DNA of 63,846 bases, counting the filler, from Reticulomyxa filosa (lineage: Eukaryota > Protista > Foraminifera), in the NCBI GenBank assembly GCA_000512085.1. It is 14 parts of 14 records of this genome, joined end to end, with 100 filler letters (N's around TTAATTAATTAA, not from the genome) between each part and the next. Parts side by side here need not be neighbours in the genome. Positions count along the whole stretch, not along the records: positions 52,021 to 55,495 come from ASPP01008451.1; positions 55,596 to 58,217 come from ASPP01002742.1; positions 58,318 to 60,846 come from ASPP01002313.1; positions 60,947 to 62,733 come from ASPP01001846.1; positions 62,834 to 63,846 come from ASPP01024936.1; 9 more parts are not named here. One strand, given 5' to 3'. The position numbers and the translations under genes are program-made. The notes under the pieces were generated by a model. That model was not told where the DNA came from. It ran no database searches and saw only the letters and a list, made by a program, of their open reading frames with translations. Positions 52,872 to 63,846 of the stretch are shown here, piece after piece. Within the stretch, counting starts at the first letter, position 1, and each line of letters starts with the position of its first letter.

Positions 52872-54199
52872 TATTTTAAAAAAAATTATGTTTAAATGTT
52901 ATTTTTCATTGAGAAAATATATTTTCTACCATTTATGTACGCCAGTTTTTTTTTCAGCCTCCTGTATATCAAAATATTAATCAAAAAGTTCCTTGTATGA
53001 AATACTGACATCATTAATAACCCTTTCCAAAAAGCGTATTGTCACTTTATATACTGTATGTATTTCTTCCAAAATATCATTGTCAACTTTTCTTCATTAT
53101 CTAATCCATAATACAATGATACTTTCTTTTAATCTCATTAGCTCGATCAAATAATGCAAAACTTTCCTTACCGATCGATATTGACATTCTAGCCTCTTGT
53201 CCCTCAATACCAGTATTAGTACAATATCTATTAGTAGAAGTTGGATGAATGAACACCAGTATTTCATTCTAAAATCATAAATGGAATTGGCTCACCAACA
53301 TTGTTATCATTCAAATTATATTACGACTTGCAGTTGACATTTTTCGAACTTTTCAAAAAATTCATAAGATGTTAATATATAAACTTGCAGACCGGAAGAG
53401 AAAGCCTTTATTCTCGAATTCAAAAGAATACATGCAAATAAAAAAACAGTTTCAAAGAATAAAAGTGAACTCAAACACACGTTCATATCCCCTTTTGACT
53501 CCTTATTATAAAGATTATTACTTTGTCACTTTTTTTATTACCTCATTAACCTCTATGACTAAAGTTTAAAATGCCAAATCCTTATCAAAATATTTCCGCT
53601 TCTTTAAACTTAGAAGCACTTGTGAATATGTTTCCAAATTCCTGCCAAATTTGTTATCGAATTTACAAGAAATTATGATATTATGTGTAATCATTCAAAA
53701 GACAATATGTTGACAGATTTTCAGACAAAATTTAATATTGAATGTTTGAAGCCAGTGTTTTTCAAGAAATAAATGAATATAATGATTTTCCATTTCTTGC
53801 AGAGAAATTTATAATAACATGGAGTTCGATGATTTCTGGATTGACTTCTTCTTCATTTCACATTAAAAGATGTAGATGTTTTTAAAAATTATTCTATCTT
53901 TCGTAGATAGTGATACAAACTGATCTTTTCATTGAAAATTCTTCAAAAACATATTGTTGTTTTTTGCAATTCACAATGTTTGCTTCTTTACTTTTTAACG
54001 ATCTCAAAAAATAATCAATTATGATTATTGAACAAAATAGAACGTGTAGCTCTTTTTCTTTTAATTTTTCTTTTAATACTAGAACGAAACATTATTTTTT
54101 AATAATTTTCAAAAAATGAAAAACAGTTAACTATTTTGCATGGCTTTTTACACTTTTAAAAACCAAATACATTTTTGGATTCTCTACGATGCATAAATA

Positions 54200-55351
54200 C
54201 AGTAAAATACAAAGTAAAATTAACCTAAAACGGCATCTTATATATATGATCGATTTCTTCATGAAAAATAACAGCCATATCTAATTTTTTTAAAAAAAAT
54301 ATCTACGAATCGTGTATTTTTAAATATTATTTGGTTGTTTATTACATCTTTCATAATTATTTCAATATTTTATCCTTTATTTATTTTTTTTTAGCTAAGT
54401 ATAGTTCAGTATTTAAGTTTTTTAATCATTTTTATTTTTTTTGAAAATTGCTAAATTAGTTGAGAATTTTACAAATAAAGTACTATTGTCTGTTGCGTTG
54501 TGCTGGAGTTTGCAAAGTTGCAAAAAAATTTCGTGTAAGTCACAAATGTGTATAAATGGAAGCTGATATTCAAGACTGAAAAACTTATCAAGAACCAAGA
54601 AAATGGATTTCGTTAAAAGTATCAACAAATTTCGTGTGTTCTTGCTTTGTAGTGTTATGACCTATTTATGCACGTAAAATTAATTGATGTATCAATACAT
54701 ATATTTACAAATAAATTCTATGTGATAAAATGCTCAAAAACATTGATTTGTGTTTAAAGATAATTGATATTTCAGCAAGATAATGCCACTAGCAACAAAG
54801 CAATTACAGTGAAAGAACAAAATTCTATCAAAGTATTTGATTTCACTCCAAATTCTCCAGATCTGAAATCTGTGGTGGATATTGAAAACAAAAATATACA
54901 AAAATTGACCATTCAGGTAAAAGAATAGCTTTGTAAGCAATTTGAATTAGAATGTGAAAAAATTGACAATGAAATATGCACAAACTTAATAAATCAATGC
55001 CGATCGAATACAAGCATTATACAATGCAAAAGGTTTAACTAAATTGTAATTTTCACTAAAAAAAATTTTCAGTTCTTATGCTTTTGAACTAACTTAACTT
55101 GTTTAGTATTGGACAAAAAAAAGGCAAAAAAACAAGTGATGAGCGGAGACAGCAAAGAGTCAAAAATCATCATACTGTTACAATGCACAAACTTTGCTGT
55201 AGAAAAGGACAAAAATGTTTGTAATTGACAAAAATTGTAAAAAAAAATTAAATGCATTTTGAAACATTTGAAAAAATTTTGACTTTTGACTTAGAGAATC
55301 TATTGTCTTCATAAGATGCTATTTTATTGTGTCATTGCTTTATTCCTACTG
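54200..55351 (+). mobile_element. Decayed Tc1/mariner DNA transposon (family B parent) with DDE transposase remnant
   Basis: TA|CAGTA... and ...TCCTACTG|TA termini. Internal LIFQQDNATSNK...FTPNSPDL, then (frameshift) NLWWILKTKI at 54764-54897. Confidence 0.85.
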
Positions 55352-55595
55352 TATTTATCTAAATAAAATATTGTTTGTACATTTTATGGAATTCAATGTA
55401 AAATCAATTATATTGTAGTATATCACTTTGCACATTGTAGGGCAAGTTCCTATTATGAGTATCTGAGCGTCAAGGGAACTGAGGAATCCCCAGTANNNNN
55501 NNNNNNNNNNNNNNNNNNNNNNNNNNNNNNNNNNNNNNNTTAATTAATTAANNNNNNNNNNNNNNNNNNNNNNNNNNNNNNNNNNNNNNNNNNNN

Positions 55596-55797
55596 ATGTT
55601 CTGGATCAAGTGATAATACAATTCGTTTTTGGGATATTCAAGGAAATAAAGAATCTTGTGTGCTCTATGGAGATTGCAATGAAGACGGAATATGCTCTCT
55701 CCAATTTTTTTCATTAGACTATAAAAATAATGATAATAGCTCTAATGTTAATCTGTGTTATGGCTCAGAAAAAGGTCCTATTCATATTTGGGGATAA
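55596..55797 (+). CDS. C-terminus of a WD40-family protein (5' cut by contig start)
   Basis: CSGSSDNTIRFWDI...LCYGSEKGPIHIWG*. Confidence 0.85.
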
Positions 55798-56724
55798 ATT
55801 TATTTTTTATTTCTTTTTTTTTTTTTGTAACGTATGTACTGATTGGGACAAACATTCACTTTAATTGAATAGAGTATGCTTGTAACTACTCTAATTCTTA
55901 AAAAAAATGTATTTTTGCTGAAAATAAAGACTAAAAAAAAATATATTATATTCAATTCATTTTTATATGTAATATTTTCAAAAATCCATTATTATCATTG
56001 AAATTCAACAGAAAAACCAATAAATGAGTCAATAAAAATAAAAACAGCCGTTTCATAAAAAGGAATCTTCCATTGGATTGTTGGCAACTTGTTTACAAAT
56101 TAAACAAATAAAGTCTTTCATGTCTTTATGCTTATTCAACTGTAAGAGCCAAAGCTTATCAAAGCATTCTTGCAACTAAACCGCTGGTGCTATGTCTGCT
56201 TTCCCACCTTTTTGGGTTTTTTTTTTAATGGCTCATTGATTATATGTACTGATTACAAAGTTTTTTTTTCATCAAGTTTTTTCAACCGCTAACCGAAGTC
56301 AAGGAATTTATATTACAAATAAAGCTGGTTATGAAAACCTATCGTACTTTCTTGACTCACTCCGTTTACGAATAAAGGCACTTTAAATTGAAAATATAAA
56401 ACATTGGATATGCACAAATTTAAAAATAGTAGTTGTCAGTCATCAAAAAACAAAAACAATACGGTTTGCAAATTTACTTTGTTCAGCTATGAAAATATCA
56501 ATCACAACATATCTATACATTGAAAGAGTTAACTAAACGTAATATTGTTATGTGCAATTAGCTACATGTTGAAAATTTGCCATTTATCAAATATTGCACA
56601 CAATGAAAATTATATGCGTATTTAAACAAATGTGAACTCCTTGATAGATAGATGGAGAAACAAGGAAAGTGTAACCAAATATAACAATTCAAACAACTTT
56701 TAATTCTTTTTTTTTTTCAGTGTT

Positions 56725-58190
56725 GTGCTATCCCAAAAGATAAATGTGACCATAGTCGAACCATAACACAAATTGAAAACACAACTTTCATTTTCTTTCT
56801 TTTTCAATGATAAAAATTTAAGTGACATTACCTTTTCATTTGCTTTGATCACGTGCAATTCTTTTTACTGGATCGAATATCCCAAAAACGAATTGTACTA
56901 TCCCGTGACCCAGAGCATATCACATTTGAACTACCACCAATTTCATTATTATTCACTACAAATGGTGAATATTCAACAGCATTCACACAATCTGTATGTC
57001 CATTGAACACTTGCATTTGTTGACCAGATCGAACATCCCACAAACGAACACTTTTATCTGACGACCCAGATAATATCAAATTTGCATCACCATTAGTTTT
57101 TGACCCTTTTGGTCCATATTTTATACTGTCCACTGAATCTTCATGTCCTTTGAAAACAATCAATTGTTTAGATTTTTCAATATCCCATATACGAATGGTT
57201 TTATCCCACGACCCAGAACAAAAGGTATATCCATTACCACCAATCACACCAATACTATTACTTTTGTTATTGTTATTGCTTTGTAATGGTAGAAAATCTA
57301 CACACCAAACAACATTTTTATGTCCATCGAAAACGTGTAATAATTTGGATGTTTCAACGTCCCATAAACGAATAGTAAAATCACCAGATCCAGAACACAA
57401 ATATCTACCACCATTAAATGGTGAGAATTCAATGCCACAAACGCCGTCAGTATGTTCATTAAATGTTTGCAATTGTTGATTATCTTCAACATTCCATAAG
57501 CGAATGGTTTTATCAGCCGATGAAGAACAAATGACATTTTGACGATGATTATGATAATGATATGGTGAAAATTTCACACAAATTACAGAGCCCGAATGTT
57601 TTTTGAATAGTTGAATTTGTTTGTTAGTCTCTATATTCCATACACGGATTGTTTGATCACCAGATCCAGAACACAAATATCTACCACTACCGAATGTTGA
57701 ATAATCAATGCTATACACACGATCCCCGTATGCACCGAATGTCTTAAGTAATTTAGATGAACGAAACAAATCAAGATCGAAAGTGGGTGATAATGACATA
57801 GAATATTGATCGTTTTTATCTACTTTTGTTTCTTCTTCTTTATGTTGACTGTTTATTTTTTGACTTAATCTTTGATAATCTTCGGTCAATTTGACATTTT
57901 TTTCTTCCAACAATTTCACTAATTTGTCATGATTACATAATAACTGTTTTTCTTTATCATTAAACTCTTTTTTGATTATTTCAATATCCGCGCGGCATTT
58001 GAGTAATTCTTGTTTGGAGTCTCTTTCCAGTTGTTTGAGTCGAGTATCTTTTTCAATTATTTGTGTATTCTTCAGTTGAATATCTTGTTTCAGTTTGTCA
58101 ATTTCAGCAATAATGGCACTTTGATCATTGCTTTTGATTTGCATTTTCAATTGTCCAAGTTCTGATTTCAAGTGAATTGCTTCATCCTTT
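56725..58190 (-). CDS. Coiled-coil + WD40-repeat family protein (5' cut; frameshift near 56860)
   Basis: 440-aa ORF with repeated CSGS.D.TIR.W units. The family C-terminus (LKFLSLKK...LCYGS) continues in another frame. Confidence 0.9.
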
Positions 58191-59890
58191 TGTTTTTTTT
58201 TTTTTTTAGAATAAATTNNNNNNNNNNNNNNNNNNNNNNNNNNNNNNNNNNNNNNNNNNNNTTAATTAATTAANNNNNNNNNNNNNNNNNNNNNNNNNNN
58301 NNNNNNNNNNNNNNNNNAAAAAAAAAATGGAGAGTCTTGATCATAGAAATCCAATGGATCATCATGACAATCTAATAGCTGATTGTAAAAAGCGAAGAGA
58401 TGATTATTTTCTTTTCGGATATCTTCTCTTTCATTCAGCTTTGACAGAGAGTTATAATTGCAGGAAAAATTTGAAATTTAAAGCGCATGGCGCTCCAGAA
58501 TGCTTCTTTGAAATATCAAAAACAAAGAAATTTTGCAAAAAACAAAAACGAGAAAAATGTATTGAAAAGCCCTATCAAACTCGTACTTTTCATGGAAAAT
58601 CAAACGACATAAAATTGAGGTCCAATCATCAAACATACGCGCGAATGAGACTACGCATTTGAATATCATCTTACTGTGTAGTTAATTCATGTGGTTTATT
58701 ACACTCTAAAAAAATTGTTACTCAAGTCGTTTAAAATTTTTCCTAATACTGTCATTCATATAAATTCTATAACAAACTTTTCATTTCCAACTAATATTAG
58801 TTTTATGCTGAAAATATCTGAAACTGTTACTGAATGGCAAACAAGTGTCGAAATTATTTTCCTAAAGGGCAAATATACGTACAAAAATTTCTCCATCTGT
58901 AAATTATGGCGCTATTCTAATGCTGGAACCCGTTCAAAAAAAAAAACTCTAAGATAAATTTTTATTCCACATAATACTTAATTATTTGTTCAAAAAAGAA
59001 AGAAACAAAGATATTCAGTAAATGTCAACTTCCATTTTTAAAAAAAGGATATATAATTTGAAACATTGCATAGCGTCAAAGTATTTTTTTTAAACTCCCC
59101 TGTGAATACTAACAACTTATTTTTATTTCTAGTTGTGCTAAACATTCAAAGTTTTTGACAACAAAATTTCTTTTGATATAAAGTTTCTGCAGTGCAATGA
59201 GCTGTTTTTTATCCAAAAAAAATTAAATTTCTTTTCATCCATGAATAGTAAAAAAAAATAGAAGTAGAACATCACGTGTGAAATTATGGAAACTCAATTC
59301 GAAAATAGAAAAATGTCAAATCTTTCGTTCTACGGCCAAAATTCGCACGAAATTTTTTGTTTTGGATAAGAAAAGTATTTGAGAAGATTTACAGTCAAGG
59401 GTCAGCAACTGATTGAGAAGACATCAAATTCCACACAAAGTGTTGGTTTATATAACAGCATTTCTAATGTAACGTAGCTTGTAAACGAACTTTTCAAGTT
59501 TGTCTGCACGTTCTGTTGGGATATGCACGCATACAAAAAACAAAAAAATTTTTCGTTGAACGTTTGAAAAAAAAGCAGAGAATTACATATCCTCTTTTTC
59601 TCTTTTATAATCCACTAAGTATATTCATATTTGATTGATATTTAACACTTGTTAAATAAGATACTTATTGAATCCATTGAAACAAAATGGAGGAATATTT
59701 TCTCTTCGGCAGCCCCATCTCAGTGAAGGTTTACAGCCAGCAAAACTAGTTACTTATTTCATCGGCAATACGCCAATACAATAATTGAATTAATTTCACT
59801 AGAACTGAAAATCTTGTACCTTTTTTTTTTGTTGCACTCACTCCATTTCGAAAAGAATTTTTTAATCTTACATCTATTTTTTCCTCTCAA

Positions 59891-60846
59891 ATGGAACAGC
59901 TTCAAGAAGCATTCAGCACAATTGAGAAAGATATTATCTTCAAAATATGGTTGTTGTGTTTGTGCAACCTAGACGAAACAACTATTGTCTTGGGTTCCAT
60001 CGTAGAAGACGAGTTAAAGCTAACATAACATTTGACAATGATTTGTTTCAAACACTCTCTTTTCTAAAGCTAATATCAACAATAATATAATTATAGCATA
60101 ACTATTCAACAGCAAGAACATTTAATGTATTTATTGAAAATATTTGGTAATCAAATTGACAAAATAACTATTTTGAAGACATGGAGAAATTACGATCATA
60201 TTTTTGTTGATACGTTCGAGAAATTAAAAGATATTTGTGTACATTCCAACTTAAATGGGTTAAGTAATGAAATATACAACATATAAAACAAAGGTATAAT
60301 AAAATTTGTAAAAAATAATAGGTCTCAAGAAGAAAATGAATTCAAAATATTGAGAGAAATGTGCTTGCGTATTTTATGGAATATTTTGAAATGTCCTAAA
60401 CATATCAAATATCGTCAAATTAACAAACAAGCTTTGTACAACAATTTATGTTCGAGATGTGATATATTAGGTGCAGATTTCAAACAAGTTTTTGAAAAGA
60501 CGGAAAACCAGTTGCAATATTGTGGATTTAAAAAAGAAAATGATGATAATTGGTATTGTCAATATGATCATACCCAAATATTACATCTATGGAATTGCTA
60601 CAAATATTGGATCAATGAGCAAATCATGTTTATTTTTATGTGTTTACTTTGTTGTCGTTAATAGAACAAATGATATACATATATATATATATAAATATAT
60701 AAAAATATATAAATGATATAACCAATCATTTTAAATAGATATAAAACAAGATATGGTATTCAAAGAAGAGTGTGTATGCTATCGAATGGAAAATGGAAAG
60801 ACTATGAAAGCGTATTTGATTATGAACATCGAACAATAATGTTATT
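59891..60846 (+). CDS. PUB-domain protein with a CUE-like N-terminus, multi-exon, 3' cut
   Basis: MEQLQEAFSTIEKDII...NLDETTIVL, then LRILWNILKCPKHIKYRQIN...LQYCGFKK (PUB pattern N....P...KYR.I...L...GF). Confidence 0.65.
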
Positions 60847-60946
60847 NNNNNNNNNNNNNNNNNNNNNNNNNNNNNNNNNNNNNNNNNNNNTTAATTAATT
60901 AANNNNNNNNNNNNNNNNNNNNNNNNNNNNNNNNNNNNNNNNNNNN

Positions 60947-61388
60947 TTTGTTGGGCTCGGATGCATTGGGTGATCCACTTTTTTTGTTGGTGCCATGTCT
61001 GCTGGTGATGATAATCGACTTCCTTGGGATCTCCGAGGTTTTCACACGATTTAACAGCGACGACGGAATTTTGCCCATTTTTAGAAATTGCAAAAAGTGA
61101 CTGTACGGTATACCGTCGCCATCAACGTCCAATTCATTGAATATTCCTTCTATTTCTGATTCGGGCAACTTCACGTTCAATGACAATAACGCCGTCACAA
61201 ACGATGCTTGGTCTAAATATCCCTCGCCGTCAATGTCTACCGCTTTGAATACACTTTCCAAGTCGCGAACAGCTTCCTATCTCGTCAAAAAAAAAAAAAA
61301 AGTCCAAGTCACAAGGAAAAGAAAACGAAGCCACAAAAAACAAAACAGAATCGCTTCGATCATGTTGCCCATGAGGCAAGCCCAACAT
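60947..61388 (-). CDS. EF-hand protein, 3' cut
   Basis: FKAVDIDGEGYLDQASF and FNELDVDGDGIPYSHF EF-hand pair. Confidence 0.8.
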
Positions 61389-62192
61389 TATGACTCCGCT
61401 AAGAAAGGGTTTCCTCGCTTTTTTTTTTGGCAATGTTCTTGGAATTTCTAAAGCGCTTCCAACTTTACTGTTGTATTCAATCCAGCTTTCTTTACTATAT
61501 TTTTCCTTTTGATTGCAAATTGATCTTTTTGTATTTACTCATGAAATTTAATTTTTTAAGTTTTTTTTATTTAATTATATGTCTATTATACAGGAAAATG
61601 GATATGAGCGAAAGTAATACACTATAAATGCTCCCTCATATAACGAAAGGAATTTTTACTAACTTTTGTTCACTTTTTCAATTGCAATCAGTTCTGACAC
61701 AAATTTCGTTACTAAATAACTGCAAATACAACATATTTTATTGTCTTAAAAAATTTAAAAATTAAAATTGTAATGCGCGTGACTCAAATCGGACATATAA
61801 TTACAATTTTAAGTTAATGTTTGTATAATGAAAATAATCCTAATTTTGACCCAAGTCAATGTCCTTTAATTTATATATTTATTATTTTTTTTCATATTAA
61901 TCTTGATGGCATGCATACAGAAGATTTAACATAACACCAATTGTATGTGCTGTTGACAATGAATACAGACCTTCGCACCTTGTATATATCGTGATCTAGT
62001 TTAAGAATACCTAAGAAAACTGTTTTTTATCAGAGTTAAACTACAAACTTACACAAGCGTGAAAAGTTTTTTTAGAAAGGCAACACGGGCCCGCTCACAA
62101 GACTTTCAAATAATAGTGTACTTTTTTGCTATCATAGCGTTCATTTTTTTTTTTTTATTAAAAGTTTAGAATCGTTATAATTAGGCATCAGT

Positions 62193-62668
62193 ATGTCGGA
62201 CGTTTCAGCAAAAGTTACAGACGAGGTACACGAGCGTACAAAATCTCGTCAGCAATTTTTACTGTCCGAAATTACGACTAAACACGAAGACGTGAAAACA
62301 CACTTGCGCCACGTGACCCCTGTCGTTCAAGATGTTGTTCCATTTGAACTTGGAAAGAGTTTGAATTCGTTTCGAGTGCAAGAGGATTACGAGCCTCCTC
62401 GCTTTGACTATGACGACCCAAAAGCTTACGAATATTTGCAAGAGAATGGATACGTAGTCATTCGAAGCGTACTTAGCAAAGAAGAATGTGAGAAGTTGCA
62501 AAAAGAGACATGGGAGTGGTTAGAAAAGCTTGAATTCCAAAACAAAAAAAAGATCAAACGAGATGACCCAGAGACATGGAACGAAAAAATTTGGCCAGCA
62601 GATCGGACCACGGGTATCATTTTTGGTTATGGAATCGGACAAACACATATGAGTTGGCAAATTCGAAG
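62193..62668 (+). CDS. PhyH-like 2-oxoglutarate/Fe(II) dioxygenase, 5' part, with a WH2-like N-terminal motif
   Basis: YLQENGYVVIRSVLSKEEC...WEWLE...IKRDDPETW...GIGQ...WQIR. N-terminal FLLSEITTKHEDVKTHLRHV. Confidence 0.75.
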
Positions 62669-62691
62669 TTTTATAATTAAAAAAAAAAAAT

Positions 62692-62733
<42 letters not shown>

Positions 62734-62833
62734 NNNNNNNNNNNNNNNNNNNNNNNNNNNNNNNNNNNNNNNNNNNNTTAATTAATTAANNNNNNNNNNN
62801 NNNNNNNNNNNNNNNNNNNNNNNNNNNNNNNNN

Positions 62834-63846
62834 CAATTTCTTGTACCTTGGAATGAAATGCATTGTAATGGTTTCACATTGAAATGAAATTTATTATCTT
62901 TCAACTTTTGATGGAACTGTTTAGTATTGCGATGGGACAATGTATCAAGCATAATCTGCAAAGATAAAGTTTTGGAAGTGCCAGGCCTGCCAACTAATAT
63001 CATTGGTGTGGATGTAACCACACAGAAAAATAATATGAACAAATTTTCTTTTAGAGTATTATGCAGTGCCACTTGGGGTGGTATTACAAATGATTCCGAT
63101 AAATTCTTTATTTCACTATCCAATAATTCTGAAAATGAACGCTTGTTTCTTTGAGACATGATATCATTGTACATTTTTCTTCCATTGTCATCCAATCGAA
63201 AATAATAACACAATCCCAATGCAATATTCAACGCCCTTCCTGTCCATGGTGATTTGTTATCATTTTCTAATACTGTTTCATATTGCTGCATTAACCAATA
63301 GAAAAAATTGAGACATCTACTCACATCACGTAATGAAACAATAAATTCATTGGCCAAATGCTTACGCAAAAAACTTTGTGATGCATCAATATCCTCTATA
63401 ATTTTTAATTCCCACTGTTGTATTTTTTTGTAAATGACAGTATTGTTATCGAATTTGTCTTTGATTTGTTTGGTCATTGCTCGAATGTATTGTTTTTCAT
63501 CCAATGCAGACAATTGACCAAAGGGCCAAACATATTCTTTCATTGTATCACACAAAGGAACAACACGATACACCCATTTGCTTGATGGATCACTTAAATT
63601 CATTACTTCACTGTTTTGTATTTTTCTTGGTCGATAAGGATTACATGCTGCAATAATCTTGATTTGGTCACTGATTTTCACACCATCCAAACTGTGATCA
63701 CAAATGAGTTCTTTGAACCATCCAATATCAGGAGATGTATTCACTTCATCTAAAAATATCCACATCTCTTTTTTTTCTTTGTCTTTGGATAGTCGCACAC
63801 GACAATCCTCCATTACTTGACGTATTTCATGTCTTCCAAATCCTGC
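62834..63846 (-). CDS. RNF213 (mysterin)-like dynein-related AAA+ protein fragment
   Basis: WIFLDEVNT (Walker B), IIAACNPYR, VYRVVPL, VWPFGQL, VSLRDV.R, LKENLF, GRPGTSKT (Walker A). Confidence 0.85.

Overview
AT-rich, intron-rich eukaryotic genomic DNA, not a contiguous locus. It is 14 short contigs joined by 13 artificial 100-bp linkers (N44-TTAATTAATTAA-N44), so gene neighbourhoods are only meaningful within a contig. The gene families (a characteristic WD40 family, a kelch-like family, PUB-domain proteins, RNF213-like AAA+), the many pseudogenes and the homopolymer frameshifts suggest a foraminiferan/rhizarian such as Reticulomyxa; this is inference. Confidently recognisable genes: importin-alpha, 14-3-3, CCT4, SUMO, a membrane pyrophosphatase, an LRR+RhoGAP, a DGAT1/SOAT-type MBOAT, a SET-domain protein, a multicopper oxidase, a PhyH-like dioxygenase, RRM and EF-hand proteins, WD40/kelch family members and an RNF213-like fragment. 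Less obvious calls from reading spliced frames by eye: a p31comet-like gene, a mitochondrially targeted CvfB-like (S1+winged-helix) protein, an ABP34-like actin-bundler and a SAM-SAM-Cbl-EF-like protein. The pyrophosphatase carries a Na+-PPase-type signature and a 6-nt micro-exon. The 51.4-55.4 kb region holds a decayed Tc1-like transposon, its non-autonomous derivatives, a hairpin MITE, a Ty3/gypsy fragment and an RLE (CRE/R2-type) retrotransposon fragment. Many introns end in A-rich rather than polypyrimidine 3' tracts. All homology calls are from recalled motifs; no searches were run.
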